DNA of 60,624 nucleotides, taken from assembly GCA_944358265.1 (NCBI GenBank), contig CALVQR010000002.1:1-60624 (forward strand), written 5' to 3'. Position 1 is the first letter of the stretch; each line of letters opens with the position of its first letter. Positions 20,132-31,849 of this stretch are shown in pieces. The notes beneath the pieces were generated by a model. The model saw nothing but the letters and a program-made list of their open reading frames with translations, was not told where the DNA came from and did not search any database. Position numbers and translations under genes: made by a program. This DNA is from an uncultured Bacilli bacterium. Lineage in GTDB: Bacteria > Bacillota_I > Bacilli_A > RF39 > UBA660.

Positions 20132-23100
20132 TTATAATAATTCTTCTTCTAAAACGTCAAGTGGTTCTTCATCATAAAATTCTTTTTCTAAAGTAAATTT
20201 AGTGTTTGAATATTTTTTAACACCTGTACCTGCTGGGATCAATTTACCAATTATAACATTTTCTTTTAACCCCTCTAACTTATCAACTTTACCCTTGATT
20301 GCAGCATCAGTTAATATTCTTGTTGTTTCTTGGAATGATGCAGCTGATAAGAATGAATCAGTTTCAAGAGATGCTTTAGTTATACCAAGCATTAATGGTC
20401 TAGCAGTAGCAGGTTTCTTTCCTTGTAAAATAACTTTCTTATTTTCTTCAGTAAATCTATTTAATGATACAACTTTACCTACAAGTAATGTAGTATCTCC
20501 TTTGTCTACTATTCTCATTCTTGAAATCATTTTACGAACAATTATTTCAATATGTTTATCGGCAATATCAACACCTTGAGAACGATATACATTTTGAACT
20601 TCTTGTACAATATAATTTTGTACTGTTATAGGGTCAGTAACTGCTAGTAATTCTTTTGGACTAATAGATCCTTCATTTAATCTATCACCTGCTTTTACTT
20701 CATCTCCTACTTCTACTCGAAGTTTAACACCATAATTTGTAGTTTGTTCTCTAGTTTCTTTATCATTCGTAATACTGATCTTAAATTTACCATTTTGATT
20801 TTCTATATTAGTAATTTTTCCATTTATTTCAGCAACAGTTGCTTTAACTTTTGGAGTTCTTGCTTCAAATAATTCTTCTACACGAGGAAGACCTTGAGTA
20901 ATATCATCGCCTTTTGCACCTCCACCAGTGTGGAATGTACGCATTGTAAGCTGAGTTCCTGGTTCACCGATTGATTGAGCAGCCATAATACCAACTGCCT
21001 CACCTATTTCAGCAACATTAGAAGTTGCAAGGTTACGTCCATAACACATTTGACAAACACCATTTTCTGTTTTACATGTTAATGTTGTTCTTATTTCAAC
21101 GGATTTAATACCAGCTTTTTCAATTTTATCTGCAATTTGTTCAGTTATTAATTCACCTTTTTCTACAATAACTTCTTTTGTTTCTGGATTAATAACCTTT
21201 TTATTTGTAAATCTTCCAATTATACGTTCTGTAAGTGATTCAATAATACTTCCGTCTTTTTCATTTACAAACGCTTCTACAACTACACCCTGAATTGTTC
21301 CACAATCATGTTCTTTAACAATTACATCTTGAACTACATCTACTAGACGTCTTGTTAAATAACCAGAGTTTGCTGTTTTTAAAGCGGTGTCAACGTTACC
21401 TTTTCTTGAACCATGAGTTGATAAGAAGTATTCAGATACTGTTAATCCTTCAGTAAAGTTTGAAGTAATAGGTATTTCAACAGTCATACCATTTGGTTTT
21501 GCCATAAGACCACGCATACCTGCAAGTTGTCTAAACTGTTCAATGCTACCACGAGCACCAGAATTCATCATTATGAATATTGGATTATCTTTATTTTCTT
21601 TAGAAATTGTATTAAGTTCATCTTTAATTTCTTCATTTGCATTATTCCATACTTCTAGAACTCTTTCATATCTTTCTTGCTCAGTTATAAGACCTCTTTT
21701 ATATTGTTTACCAATTTGTTCTACTTTCTTTTTACCTTCAGCAATTATTTTCTCTTTATTATCACTTGTTACTATATCAAATGCAGACATAGTTATACCT
21801 GAAATAGTAGAATATTTAAATCCTAAATCTTTTAATTTATCAAGCATTATAGACGTTTCTGTAGTTTTATATCTTTTAAATACTTGAGCAATTATATTTT
21901 GAAGTCCTTTTTTTCCTATTGGTTCAGATAATGGTAATTCTTTTATAAAGGCTTTTATATCAGTACCCTTATCCGCAAAGAACTTATTAGGAGTCATTTT
22001 TTCTATATTTTCTTTACTATCATCATTTATATATTGATAAGCATCTGGTAATATTTCATTTAATTTAAGTTTACCAACTGTAGTAATTAAATATTTATCT
22101 TTTTGACTATCCATAAATATTTTATGAGTAAATGATTTTACAGGAACAGCAAGTCTTGTATGAAGATCTATTTCTCTTCTTTCATAAGCCATTAATGCTT
22201 CGTTAGCATTTTTAAATACTCTTCCTTCATCATCATTTTCTTTTTCTGTTGTTAAGTAATAGTTACCTAATACCATATCTTGTGCTGGAGTAACTATTGG
22301 TTTTCCATCAGATGGTTTTAATATGTTATTTGCACCTAACATAAGAATTCTTGCTTCTGCTTTTGCTTCTTCTGAAAGAGGTACATGAACAGCCATTTGA
22401 TCCCCATCAAAGTCAGCATTAAATGCTGGACAAACAAGTGGATGAAGTCTGATAGCTTTACCATCTATTAATTTAGGCTCAAATGCTTGAATTCCAAGTC
22501 TATGAAGTGTGGGGGCACGGTTTAAAAGTACTGGATGTTCTTTTATTACTTCTTCAACAATATCCCATACTCTATCATCTTGATTTTCAATCATTTTTTT
22601 TGCAGATTTAATATTGTGAACTATTTCTTTTTCAACTAACCCACGAATAACATGTGGCTTAAATAATTCTAGTGCCATTTCTTTTGGTATTCCACATTCA
22701 TACATTTTAAGTGATGGTCCAACTACAATAACTGAACGACCAGAGTAATCAACACGTTTACCAAGTAAATTTTGTCTGAATCTACCCTGTTTTCCTTTAA
22801 GCATACTACTTAAAGATTTTAACGCTCTGTTTGATGGGCCTGTAACATTTCTACCACGACGACCATTATCAAATAATGCATCTACTGCTTCTTGAAGCAT
22901 ACGTTTTTCGTTTTGAACAATAATTGAAGGTGCTCCAAGTTCTAATAATTTCTTTAAACGATTATTTCTATTTATAACTCTTCTATATAAATCATTTAAG
23001 TCTGATGTAGCAAATCTACCACCATCAAGTTGAATCATAGGTCTAAGTTCTGGTGGTATTACAGGAATACAATCTAATATCATCCATTCTGGCTTATTTC

Positions 23101-23755
23101 CTGATTCTCTAAATGAATCTAATATTTCAAGTCTTTTTAATAATCTTGTTCTTTTTTGTTCTTGAGCATTTTCAAGTTCAGAACTTATTTTTTCTATTTC
23201 TTCATCTATATTTACTTCTTTTAATAATTTTTTAATAGCTTCGGCACCCATACCTGCTTCGAAACCATCACCATATTTTTCATAATAAATTCTATATTCT
23301 TTATCAGATAATGTTTGTTTCTTTTCAAGTGGAGCATTGCCTGGATTAATTACAACGTAACTAACAAAGTATAATACCTCTTCTAAGTCTCTAGGAGACA
23401 TATCAAGTACTAATCCCATACGAGATGGAACTCCTTTAAAGAACCATATGTGAGATACTGGTGTTGCAAGTTCAATATGTCCCATTCTTTCACGACGTAC
23501 TTTAGATTTAGTTACTTCTACACCACATCTATCACATACTATGTCCTTATATCTTAATCTTTTATACTTTCCACAAGAACATTCATAATCTTTAGTTGGT
23601 CCAAAAATCTTTTCACAATATAAACCATCTCTTTCTGGTTTTAAAGTACGATAGTTTATTGTTTCTGGTTTTTTAACTTCACCATAAGACCATTCACGAA
23701 TCTTTTCAGGAGAAGCAATAGATATTTTTAATCCTTCAAATTTACTAACATCCAT
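20132..23755 (-). CDS. rpoC: DNA-directed RNA polymerase subunit beta'
   Basis: 1207 aa with the NADFDGD catalytic motif. The start overlaps the rpoB stop (TAATG). Confidence 0.98.
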   Translation of the reverse strand: MDVSKFEGLKISIASPEKIREWSYGEVKKPETINYRTLKPERDGLYCEKIFGPTKDYECSCGKYKRLRYKDIVCDRCGVEVTKSKVRRERMGHIELATPVSHIWFFKGVPSRMGLVLDMSPRDLEEVLYFVSYVVINPGNAPLEKKQTLSDKEYRIYYEKYGDGFEAGMGAEAIKKLLKEVNIDEEIEKISSELENAQEQKRTRLLKRLEILDSFRESGNKPEWMILDCIPVIPPELRPMIQLDGGRFATSDLNDLYRRVINRNNRLKKLLELGAPSIIVQNEKRMLQEAVDALFDNGRRGRNVTGPSNRALKSLSSMLKGKQGRFRQNLLGKRVDYSGRSVIVVGPSLKMYECGIPKEMALELFKPHVIRGLVEKEIVHNIKSAKKMIENQDDRVWDIVEEVIKEHPVLLNRAPTLHRLGIQAFEPKLIDGKAIRLHPLVCPAFNADFDGDQMAVHVPLSEEAKAEARILMLGANNILKPSDGKPIVTPAQDMVLGNYYLTTEKENDDEGRVFKNANEALMAYERREIDLHTRLAVPVKSFTHKIFMDSQKDKYLITTVGKLKLNEILPDAYQYINDDSKENIEKMTPNKFFADKGTDIKAFIKELPLSEPIGKKGLQNIIAQVFKRYKTTETSIMLDKLKDLGFKYSTISGITMSAFDIVTSDNKEKIIAEGKKKVEQIGKQYKRGLITEQERYERVLEVWNNANEEIKDELNTISKENKDNPIFIMMNSGARGSIEQFRQLAGMRGLMAKPNGMTVEIPITSNFTEGLTVSEYFLSTHGSRKGNVDTALKTANSGYLTRRLVDVVQDVIVKEHDCGTIQGVVVEAFVNEKDGSIIESLTERIIGRFTNKKVINPETKEVIVEKGELITEQIADKIEKAGIKSVEIRTTLTCKTENGVCQMCYGRNLATSNVAEIGEAVGIMAAQSIGEPGTQLTMRTFHTGGGAKGDDITQGLPRVEELFEARTPKVKATVAEINGKITNIENQNGKFKISITNDKETREQTTNYGVKLRVEVGDEVKAGDRLNEGSISPKELLAVTDPITVQNYIVQEVQNVYRSQGVDIADKHIEIIVRKMISRMRIVDKGDTTLLVGKVVSLNRFTEENKKVILQGKKPATARPLMLGITKASLETDSFLSAASFQETTRILTDAAIKGKVDKLEGLKENVIIGKLIPAGTGVKKYSNTKFTLEKEFYDEEPLDVLEEELL

Positions 23756-26700
23756 TATTCTTCACCCTCCTCTTCTTCGTCAAATTCACTTTCGTTTATT
23801 TCTTCGAAAGTTTCTTCTGTTTCATCATCATTAGATAATATATCATTTAAATTATTTTTCTTTATATCTTTTATTTCAATTTCATCAATAGATAATGCTG
23901 AATTATCATTATTTTCTTCTCTTTCAAGTTCAGTTATACCTACTTCTTTTCCATTTTCATCTATCATAGATACATCAAGACCAAGTGCTTGAAGTTCTTT
24001 TACAAGAACTCTGAAACTTTCTGGTACCCCCGCAGCTTCAACTTTGTTACCTTTAACTATAGCTTCATAAGCTTTAACTCTTCCTACAACATCATCTGAT
24101 TTAAATGTCATTATTTCTTGAAGAACATTTGCAGCACCATAAGCTTCTAGAGCCCAAACTTCCATTTCACCAAATCTTTGTCCACCCATTTGAGCTTTAC
24201 CACCAAGTGGTTGTTGTGTAACTAATGAATAAGGTCCTGTTGCACGAGCATGTAATTTGTCATCAACCATGTGATCAAGTTTAATCATATACATTACACC
24301 AACTGAAACTCTATTATCAAATGGTTCTCCCGTTCTACCATCATATAAAACAGTTTTTCCATCTGCATCTAGTCCTGCTTCTTTCATCATATCAGATATA
24401 TCTTGCATACTAGCTCCATCAAATACTGGAGTAGAACAATAAACGCCTAATTTTTTAGCGGCCATACCTAAGTGAAGTTCAAGTACTTGCCCTAAATTCA
24501 TACGAGATGGAACTCCTAACGGATTAAGAATTATATCAACTGGTCTACCATCTGGTAAATATGGCATATCTTCTTGAGGTAATACAAGAGATACAACTCC
24601 TTTATTTCCGTGACGACCAGCAATTTTATCACCAACTTGAATTTTTCGCTTTTGAGCAATATAAACTCTTATTTCTTTACTTACACCACTTGCAAGTTCA
24701 TCGTTATCTTTTTTAGTATAAACTTTAATGTCATGTACAATACCATCTCCACCATGTGGAACACGTAGAGATGTGTCACGAACTTCTCGTGTTTTTTCAC
24801 CAAATATTGCATGAAGTAATTTTTCTTCAGCAGTAAGTTCAACCATACCTTTTGGTGTAACTTTACCTACTAATATATCATTTTCTTTTACTTCAGTGCC
24901 TATTCTTACAATACCATCTGCATCGAGATTTTTTCTTGCGTCTTCTGAAATGTTAGGAATATCTCTTGTTATTTCTTCAGGCCCAAGTTTTGTATCTCTA
25001 CATTGAATTGAATAACTCTCTATATGAACTGATGTATAAACATCATCTCTTACTAATCTCTCATTTAATATAACTGCATCTTCATAGTTGTATCCATTGA
25101 ATGTCATAAAAGCAACTACTAAGTTTTTTCCAAGTGCAAGTTCACCTTTATCAGTACTTGGTCCATCTGCAATTATCATATTTCTTGTAACTTTATCTCC
25201 TGCTTTTACAATAGGTCTTTGATGATAACATGTTCCACCATTTGAACCTTCAAAATTCATTAGCGTATAAACATCCTTACCACCTTTAGTCTTAACTATT
25301 ATTTTTTTACCATCTGCATATTCAACAATACCATCTGCTTTAGCTACAACAGTTGCACCACTATCTCTAGCAGTCATATATTCAACACCTGTTCCTACAT
25401 ATGGAGCTTCTGCTTTTAAAAGTGGTAATGCTTGACGTTGCATATTTGATCCCATTAATGCACGGTGGGCATCATCATGATCAAGGAATGGAATACATGA
25501 AGCAGTAACTGAAATAATTTGTTGTGGAGATACATCTATATAATTAACTTCTTTTGATTTAGCAATTATATTTTCGCCACGAAATCTAGCAGTAACTTCT
25601 TCATCTGCAATTTTATTTCCATCCATTTTAACACTTGCTTGACTAATTACATAATCTAATTCTTCATCAGCAGTTAAATAATCTATCTCTTCTTCTAGTA
25701 CGCCATCTTTTACTCTTCTATATGGAGTCATAATAAATCCATATTCATTTACTTTAGCATAACTTGCAAGAGATGTGATAAGTCCAATGTTAGCTCCTTC
25801 TGGTGATTCTATTGGACAAATTCTACCATAGTGTGATTCATTAACGTCACGAACTTCCATAGCAGCTCTATCACGAGAAAGACCTCCTGGTCCTAAAGCA
25901 GATAAACGCCTTTTGTTAGTTAACTCTGAAATTGGATTAATTTGGTCCATAAACTGAGATAACTGGCTACTACCAAAGAACTCTTTAATAACTGCTGTTA
26001 TAGGTCTAATGTTAATTAATGTTTTCGGTGTTGCTTCTGATTCATCTATAGTAGTCATTCTTTCACGAATAACTTTTTCCATTCTTGTTACACCTATTCT
26101 AAATTGATTTTGAATAAGTTCTCCAACCTGTTTAACACGACGATTAGATAAATGATCTATTTCATCTATATTTCCAACACCTGATAATAAGTTAATATAA
26201 TATGATATAGTTGCATATATATCAGATATAGTTAATCTTTTTTCAGTAATATTAGGGTCTACTCCAATAACATTAATAATTTTATCTTGATTATTTGGTG
26301 CATATATTTTTACTATTTGAACTTTATCATATGAATCAAGATCTTGATTAATTGGAACCTGTTTTAAATTTAAACCCGCATTAAATAAAGGTTTTAATTC
26401 ATTTAAAACTTCTCTTGTAACCACTGTACCTTTTTCATATTTAATTTTACCATCTACTACTATATCTTCTGCTAAAGTTTGTCCAAATATTCTATCACAA
26501 ACATTTAATTTTTTATTAAATTTATATCTACCTACTTTAGATAAATCATATCTAAAAGGATCAAAGAACCTCGTAATAATATGATTTTTTGCACTATCTA
26601 TAGTTGCAGGTTCTCCAGGTTTTAATTTTTCATAGATTTCTATTAATGCTTCATCTGTATTTGTTGTAGAATCTTTCTCTATTGTATTTAATAGATATTC

Positions 26701-27342
26701 ATCTTCGCCAAACAAATTAATAATATCTTCATTACTAGATAAACCAAATGCACGTAAGAAAGTAGCTGCGGTTACTTTTCTATTTCTATCTATTCTTACA
26801 TCTATGCAATCTTTACTGTTTAATTTGTATTCAAGCCAAGTACCTCTATTTGGTATTATTTGTGATGTATAAATATTTCTACCATTTTTATCCATCTCTA
26901 TACCATAATAAGCACTTGGTGAACGAACTAATTGAGATACAATAACTCTTTCTGCACCATTAATGATAAATGTACCACTATCAGTCATAAGAGGCATATC
27001 TCCAAAGAATAATTCTTGTTCTTTAACCTCACCAGTTTCGTTATTAAATAAGCGTGCTTGAACTTTTAAAGGTGCAGCATAAGTTGATTTTCTTTCTTTA
27101 CACTCTTTAATACTAAGTCTAGGTTCGTCAAACGAATAATCTCCTATTTCAAGTGATAATGAACCAGAAAAATTATCTACCGGAAATAATTCGTCTAATA
27201 CTTCACGAATTCCATTTTGGATGAATTCTTGATATGATCCTTTTTGGATCTCAAGTAAGTCTTTTAATTCTAGTGAATTTTCAATCTTTGAGAAGTCTCT
27301 TCTCTCACGATCTTTACATACTTTTTTGATTTTATAAGCCAC
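23755..27342 (-). CDS. rpoB: DNA-directed RNA polymerase subunit beta
   Basis: 1195 aa with canonical beta-subunit blocks. The start is GTG. There is an acidic C-terminal tail of about 55 aa. Confidence 0.98.
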   Translation of the reverse strand: MAYKIKKVCKDRERRDFSKIENSLELKDLLEIQKGSYQEFIQNGIREVLDELFPVDNFSGSLSLEIGDYSFDEPRLSIKECKERKSTYAAPLKVQARLFNNETGEVKEQELFFGDMPLMTDSGTFIINGAERVIVSQLVRSPSAYYGIEMDKNGRNIYTSQIIPNRGTWLEYKLNSKDCIDVRIDRNRKVTAATFLRAFGLSSNEDIINLFGEDEYLLNTIEKDSTTNTDEALIEIYEKLKPGEPATIDSAKNHIITRFFDPFRYDLSKVGRYKFNKKLNVCDRIFGQTLAEDIVVDGKIKYEKGTVVTREVLNELKPLFNAGLNLKQVPINQDLDSYDKVQIVKIYAPNNQDKIINVIGVDPNITEKRLTISDIYATISYYINLLSGVGNIDEIDHLSNRRVKQVGELIQNQFRIGVTRMEKVIRERMTTIDESEATPKTLINIRPITAVIKEFFGSSQLSQFMDQINPISELTNKRRLSALGPGGLSRDRAAMEVRDVNESHYGRICPIESPEGANIGLITSLASYAKVNEYGFIMTPYRRVKDGVLEEEIDYLTADEELDYVISQASVKMDGNKIADEEVTARFRGENIIAKSKEVNYIDVSPQQIISVTASCIPFLDHDDAHRALMGSNMQRQALPLLKAEAPYVGTGVEYMTARDSGATVVAKADGIVEYADGKKIIVKTKGGKDVYTLMNFEGSNGGTCYHQRPIVKAGDKVTRNMIIADGPSTDKGELALGKNLVVAFMTFNGYNYEDAVILNERLVRDDVYTSVHIESYSIQCRDTKLGPEEITRDIPNISEDARKNLDADGIVRIGTEVKENDILVGKVTPKGMVELTAEEKLLHAIFGEKTREVRDTSLRVPHGGDGIVHDIKVYTKKDNDELASGVSKEIRVYIAQKRKIQVGDKIAGRHGNKGVVSLVLPQEDMPYLPDGRPVDIILNPLGVPSRMNLGQVLELHLGMAAKKLGVYCSTPVFDGASMQDISDMMKEAGLDADGKTVLYDGRTGEPFDNRVSVGVMYMIKLDHMVDDKLHARATGPYSLVTQQPLGGKAQMGGQRFGEMEVWALEAYGAANVLQEIMTFKSDDVVGRVKAYEAIVKGNKVEAAGVPESFRVLVKELQALGLDVSMIDENGKEVGITELEREENNDNSALSIDEIEIKDIKKNNLNDILSNDDETEETFEEINESEFDEEEEGEE

Positions 27343-27404
27343 GTGCTTTCACCCCTAACAATAATATTCAAAGAACATGTTTCCAGGCTAAAAAAAGAAA
27401 CATA

Positions 27405-27445
27405 GTACCAATTTAAAATGTTATCAGAAAAGTTTAATAAAGTCA
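27405..27445 (-). promoter_or_regulatory. Candidate rpoBC promoter
   Basis: On the minus strand: TTGACT, a 17-nt spacer, then TAACAT, downstream of the orphan-gene terminator. Coordinates are approximate. Confidence 0.4.
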
Positions 27446-27464
27446 ATGGATTTTTAATAAATAA

Positions 27465-27492
27465 TTAAAAAAGATAACAATACGTTATCTCT
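27465..27492 (-). terminator. Terminator after the 131-aa orphan gene
   Basis: On the minus strand, AGATAAC-gtatt-GTTATCT is followed by TTTTTAAT. Coordinates are approximate. Confidence 0.55.
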
Positions 27493-27527
27493 ATTCAAAT
27501 AGAAATTTAATATATTGCCTATTTGTA

Positions 27528-27923
27528 TTAAAATTTCATTTTTGGTTTTTTTTCCACATACTCAACTTCTACAGCATAATTTTGTTTATTTTCTCTTTTT
27601 GTTGCATTTAAAATATTAATATATTGTTTATTTCTAAACTCTAATGTTTCCCTTGCTTTATTTTTTGCATCTCTTTCTGATGAAGAAGGGACATATAAAA
27701 TATCTTTTACTTTACCTTTAATATTTGGATAATCATTTTCTTCCACATATTCTACATCTACATCATAAATATTTCTACCTTGAATTTTATTGGCATCTAA
27801 TATTTTAATACAAGTCTTTTTTAAAAACTCTAAATGTTCGATAGCTTTATTTCTTGCTTCTAATGCACTTTCAGCAGGAATTCCTAATGTATCTTCTTCT
27901 ACATATTTTCTATTAATATCCAC
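27528..27923 (-). CDS. Hypothetical protein made of two tandem ~55-aa repeats
   Basis: 131 aa, GTG start after AGGTGA. The two halves align at about 50 percent identity: LEARNKAIEHLEFLKKTCIKILDANK...YDVDVEYVEE versus RDAKNKARETLEFRNKQYINILNATK...YAVEVEYVEK. Confidence 0.65.
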   Translation of the reverse strand: MDINRKYVEEDTLGIPAESALEARNKAIEHLEFLKKTCIKILDANKIQGRNIYDVDVEYVEENDYPNIKGKVKDILYVPSSSERDAKNKARETLEFRNKQYINILNATKRENKQNYAVEVEYVEKKPKMKF

Positions 27924-27975
27924 ATCTAATCACCTCTTAAAATTACAAATATTCTAGCATTATATTAAAATTATG

Positions 27976-28575
27976 TCAAATTTTTACTATTGTTTTTGCA
28001 CATAATATGTAAAACCCATTATCTCTTTTTATTATTTCAAAATTATATATATCATTCATATCTTTCATTAATGACTTTGCACCTTGATCTTTTCTAATAA
28101 CTATCCATAATTCTCCATTCTCATTTAAATATTCTTTTGCATGTTCAACTATTTCATAAACTATCTTTTTTCCTGCATGAATTGGTGGATTAGTTATAAT
28201 CATGTCATATTTTAAATTTATATTTTCATATATATTACTAATAAAAACTCTAGCATTACTTAAATTATTCAATTTAATACTTTTACTTGTTAACATTACT
28301 GCTTTTTTATTAATATCAATCATATCCACAGTATAATTTGAAGATTGTTTTGCTATATATATTCCAATAGGTCCACATCCACACCCTACATCTAAAAATG
28401 TTTTTTTATTTGATAAAATTATATTTTCAAGTAACACTCTTGTCCCATAATCCAATCCTTTTTTATTAAATACACCATTATCGGTGTAAAAAGAAAATTT
28501 TGTATCTTTTACTTTTACTTCTATTTTTTTTAAGTTTTCTTTTAGATTATTATCGCTAATAAAATAATGTCCCAT
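27976..28575 (-). CDS. Class I SAM-dependent methyltransferase (YbxB/RsmC-like)
   Basis: Contains the SAM-binding motif DVGCGCGPIG and NPPIH. It sits between rplL and rpoB like Bacillus ybxB. The start is probably ATG 28575 (MGHYF...), with an alternative at 28596. The stop codon is TGA. Confidence 0.85.
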   Translation of the reverse strand: MGHYFISDNNLKENLKKIEVKVKDTKFSFYTDNGVFNKKGLDYGTRVLLENIILSNKKTFLDVGCGCGPIGIYIAKQSSNYTVDMIDINKKAVMLTSKSIKLNNLSNARVFISNIYENINLKYDMIITNPPIHAGKKIVYEIVEHAKEYLNENGELWIVIRKDQGAKSLMKDMNDIYNFEIIKRDNGFYILCAKTIVKI

Positions 28576-28642
28576 AAGTTTCACCACATTTATCATAACA
28601 TATTTTATAAATTAAAAACATAGATTTCTCTATGTTTTAAAA

Positions 28643-29008
28643 TTAAGCTATTTCTACTGAAGCCCCAGCTTCTTCTAATTTAGCTTTGATTTCTTCTGCT
28701 TCTTCTTTAGAAATGTTTTCTTTAACTGCACCACCATTATCTGCGATATCTTTAGCTTCTTTTAATCCCAAACCAGTAATATCTCTTATAACTTTGATTA
28801 CAGGTATTTTAGTTGCTCCAGCACTTGTTAATGTTACAGTTACTGAAGTTGGTCCTTCTTCTACTGCTGCTGCAGGAGCTGCTGCTACTGCAACTGCACT
28901 TGGATCTACACCAAATTCTTCTTTCATTGCATCTACTAATTCTTTTATTTCTAAAATTGTCATTTCTTTTAATGAAGCTATAAAATCATCTTTGTTTAAT
29001 TTAGCCAT
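28643..29008 (-). CDS. rplL: 50S ribosomal protein L7/L12
   Basis: MAKLNKDDFIASLKEMTILEIKELV..., an Ala-rich hinge, and a C-terminal domain ending ...EEAGASVEIA. Confidence 0.97.
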   Translation of the reverse strand: MAKLNKDDFIASLKEMTILEIKELVDAMKEEFGVDPSAVAVAAAPAAAVEEGPTSVTVTLTSAGATKIPVIKVIRDITGLGLKEAKDIADNGGAVKENISKEEAEEIKAKLEEAGASVEIA

Positions 29009-29034
29009 TTTATTTTCCTCCTTAAATTTAATAA

Positions 29035-29526
29035 TTATTCACTTTTTTGTTCGCTAAGTAAATTCAAAGCGATTGATAAATCTCTTACAGTACCAATTAG
29101 GCCACCAGCAAGCATAGTAAGTAGTCCTTCTCTTGATGGAATAGTTGATAACTCTTTTATTTCATCTAAACTTGTAACATTCCCATCTACAATACCACCC
29201 TTAATTTCTAAAGCTGGATGTTCTTTAGCGAAATTACTTAATGCTTTGATTGGCGCAATAGCGTCATCTGAATATGCTATTGCACTTGGACCTGCTAGGC
29301 AATCGTCAAGATTTAATTTTAGATTATCCATTGCTCTTTTAGTCAAAGTATTTTTCCAAACTTTGTATTTAGAATCACTTTCACGAAGTAATTTTCTAAG
29401 TTCAGATGTTTCTTCGGCAGTTAGACCACGATAATCAAATAATATGAATGAAGCGCTTGATTTTGCTACATTTGTTATTTCTTCAACAATCTGTGCTTTT
29501 GCTTCTACTATTTTTTGACTTGCCAT
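29035..29526 (-). CDS. rplJ: 50S ribosomal protein L10
   Basis: MASQKIVEAKAQIVEEI... The start was refined to the second ATG (29526), 6 nt after AGGAGG. Confidence 0.95.
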   Translation of the reverse strand: MASQKIVEAKAQIVEEITNVAKSSASFILFDYRGLTAEETSELRKLLRESDSKYKVWKNTLTKRAMDNLKLNLDDCLAGPSAIAYSDDAIAPIKALSNFAKEHPALEIKGGIVDGNVTSLDEIKELSTIPSREGLLTMLAGGLIGTVRDLSIALNLLSEQKSE

Positions 29527-29544
29527 TTTCATCCTCCTATCAAT

Positions 29545-29655
29545 TTATATCAAAAAAGTCTTTGTACACAAGGCAAAGACTTAATATTAGCATTAAGAAT
29601 TGTCCTCGGTAAGAAATATTAAGCATTACGCTCTTACTGTCTTCGGTACAAAAAA
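29545..29655 (-). promoter_or_regulatory. rplJ (L10) leader with attenuator hairpin
   Basis: The minus strand reads ACCGAAGACAGTAAGAGCGTAATGCTTAATATTTCTTACCGAGGAC, a structured element resembling Firmicute L10 leaders. It is followed by AAGTCTTTG-ccttgtgta-CAAAGACTT plus TTTT just upstream of the RBS. Confidence 0.55.
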
Positions 29656-29689
29656 ACTTTTTGATAAACCTATTATATAATAATTTATT

Positions 29690-30388
29690 TTATTTGTCAA
29701 AAGAACTTAAATCTATTTTAATTCCTGGCCCCATAGTTGGTGCAATTGAAATATTTTTTAAGTATTGACCTTTAACCGTAGATGGTTTTGATTTAATAAT
29801 TACATTAACAAAAGCATCTAAGTTTTCTAGTAATTTATCTGCAGCAAATGATACTTTACCAATTATAGAATGAACATTACCATAAGAATCTGTTCTATAT
29901 TCCACACGCCCTTTTTTAATATCATCTATTGCTTTTTTTACATCTGTAGTAACTGTTCCAGTTTTAGGATTAGGCATTAAACCTCTTGGTCCTAAAACCT
30001 TACCTAATTTTCCAAGCATTGGCATCATTTCTGGTGTTGCGATTATTACATCAAAATCAAGCCAATTCTCTTTTTCAATCTTTTCAATCATATCCATATC
30101 ACCTACAAAATCAGCCCCTGCCTCTTTTGCAATTTTAGCTTGATCTGTTTTAGATAATACTAATACTTTTTTAGTTTTCCCAGTACCATTAGGTAGTACA
30201 ATTGCTCCTCTTAATTGTTGATCTGATTTTCTAGGATCAATATTTAACTTAATTGCTACTTCAACAGATCCATCAAATTTTGATGTACTAATTTTTTTAA
30301 CTAGTTCTACAGCTTCTTCTTTAGTATATGCTTTACCTTTTTCTATTTGATTTAAAGCTTCTAAATATTTCTTGCTTTTTTTAGCCAT
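29690..30388 (-). CDS. rplA: 50S ribosomal protein L1
   Basis: [21 protein letters not shown]... Confidence 0.97.
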   Translation of the reverse strand: MAKKSKKYLEALNQIEKGKAYTKEEAVELVKKISTSKFDGSVEVAIKLNIDPRKSDQQLRGAIVLPNGTGKTKKVLVLSKTDQAKIAKEAGADFVGDMDMIEKIEKENWLDFDVIIATPEMMPMLGKLGKVLGPRGLMPNPKTGTVTTDVKKAIDDIKKGRVEYRTDSYGNVHSIIGKVSFAADKLLENLDAFVNVIIKSKPSTVKGQYLKNISIAPTMGPGIKIDLSSFDK

Positions 30389-30457
30389 TTTAATTTCCTC
30401 CTTTGTGGTTTTATCGGATTATCCTCCCACATAGGTAAAACCTATATGATTAAACTC

Positions 30458-30883
30458 CTACTCTTTAATTTCTATACCCATATTACGTGCAGTACCTTCA
30501 ATAATTTTTATTGCTTCTTCAACTGTATAAGCATTTAAATCTGGTAATTTAGTTTCTGCTATTTCACGTAATTGAGCTTGTGTGATAGATCCAACAATTT
30601 CTTTAGATCCTTTAGCTGATGCTGATTTAACCCCTGCGGCTTTCTTAATTAAGAATGCTGCTGGTGGAGTTTTTACTTTAAAATCAAATGATCTATCATC
30701 ATAAACATAAACCTCTACTGGTAATATATCACCTATTTTATCTTTAGTTGCATCATTAAATCTATTGATAAAATCTGGTAATGGTATACCTGCAGGACCT
30801 AATGCTGTACCAACTGGTGGCGCTGCTGTTGCTTTCCCAGCTGGAATTTGAAGTTTGATTTTATTGATTATTTCTTTTGCCAC
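30458..30883 (-). CDS. rplK: 50S ribosomal protein L11
   Basis: (V)AKEIINKIKLQIPAGKATAAPPVGTALGP... The start was refined to GTG 30883, 8 nt after AGGAGG. Confidence 0.96.
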   Translation of the reverse strand: MAKEIINKIKLQIPAGKATAAPPVGTALGPAGIPLPDFINRFNDATKDKIGDILPVEVYVYDDRSFDFKVKTPPAAFLIKKAAGVKSASAKGSKEIVGSITQAQLREIAETKLPDLNAYTVEEAIKIIEGTARNMGIEIKE

Positions 30884-31015
30884 GAAAAACACCTCCTATT
30901 ATTTTTTTTCGTGGGTGGTCAAACGACACTTATTTGCCTCCCAACTTAAATCTATATATAATAAAATACATAGCTGCATACAATATTATCACTTTTTTTT
31001 ATAAAAATCAAGTGA

Positions 31016-31555
31016 TTAATTATCATGTTCTATTTGGGTTAAATCTACTTCTACTGTAGTTTCTTGTCCAAATAAATCTATATTAACTTTAGCTTTACTA
31101 TTTTCTTTATCTATTTCTAGTACTTTTCCACCCATTAACTTAAATGGTCCATCTGTTATTTTTACTCTATCTCCCTCTTTTAAATCAACTATAACTTCTT
31201 TTACTGACATACCCATTGTATTTAATATCTTTTCTATTTCATGTGGATACAAAGGGAAAGGTTTCGCTCCTTTACCTGACGAACCTAAGAATCCAGTTAC
31301 TCCTGGAGTATTTCTAACAACAAACCATGCTTCATCAGTCATTATCATTTCTACAAGAACATAACCTGGGAACATCTTTTTAACTTTTTCTCTTTGTTTT
31401 CCATCTTTTATTTCTATCTCAGTTGTTTCTGGGACAATTACTCTAAATATATAATTTTCCATACCCATTGATTGTATTCTCATCTCAAGCTTTTCTTTTA
31501 CTTTTGTTTCATGACCTGAATACGTATTAACTACATACCATTGTTTTTCTTCCAT
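31016..31555 (-). CDS. nusG: Transcription termination/antitermination factor NusG
   Basis: MEEKQWYVVNTYSGHE...FPGYVLVEM..., with a C-terminal KOW domain. Confidence 0.96.
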   Translation of the reverse strand: MEEKQWYVVNTYSGHETKVKEKLEMRIQSMGMENYIFRVIVPETTEIEIKDGKQREKVKKMFPGYVLVEMIMTDEAWFVVRNTPGVTGFLGSSGKGAKPFPLYPHEIEKILNTMGMSVKEVIVDLKEGDRVKITDGPFKLMGGKVLEIDKENSKAKVNIDLFGQETTVEVDLTQIEHDN

Positions 31556-31567
31556 AAACTTACACCT

Positions 31568-31780
31568 CTACAATAAATCATTTATTCTTTCTACAATTTT
31601 ACTAAAATCTATTTTATTTATTAATGATACAATATATTCAATTACTAGAAAAAATAGTGCAAAAAATATCATAAATACTATGGTTACTATAACATTTTTT
31701 AATAAATTTTTACCCTTACACCATCTAATTCTATCAAGTTCTTTTTTCATATCAGATATAAATTTTTTAATTTTACTCAT
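31568..31780 (-). CDS. secE: Preprotein translocase subunit SecE
   Basis: 70 aa: MSKIKKFISDMKKELDRIRW plus a single TM helix. It lies upstream of nusG. The start was refined to ATG 31780. Confidence 0.85.
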   Translation of the reverse strand: MSKIKKFISDMKKELDRIRWCKGKNLLKNVIVTIVFMIFFALFFLVIEYIVSLINKIDFSKIVERINDLL

Positions 31781-31849
31781 ACTCATTCTCCAGTCCAAAA
31801 TAAAAAACACTTTCGTGTATCCAGTTAAAGAATAACACATTAGTGGTTT

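Noticed and set aside
20202-21887. Plus-strand ORFs inside rpoC (20202..20579 and 21543..21887). There are similar antisense ORFs inside rnr (7553..7741), tuf (11950..12147, 12783..13058), ftsH (17009..17215, 17676..17879), rplL/rplJ (28686..29057, 29246..29434) and yabG (35953..36219). Others lie inside mfd (43491..43694), rsmI (44982..45245), yabB (46115..46530), recR/ybaB/dnaX (48847..49669), tadA (51094..51375), gyrB (54203..54565, 55977..56159) and recF (56605..56856).
   Set aside because: All lie antisense to strongly supported conserved genes. They have low-complexity Leu/Ile/Phe/Ser-rich translations typical of the reverse frame of AT-rich coding DNA. They lack RBS and recognisable motifs.
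30389-31015. L1-binding and L11 operon leader structures in the rplK-rplA and nusG-rplK spacers (GGGAGG... segments).
   Set aside because: The location is plausible, but I could not fold a convincing 23S-mimic structure by eye. I left these unannotated rather than guess.
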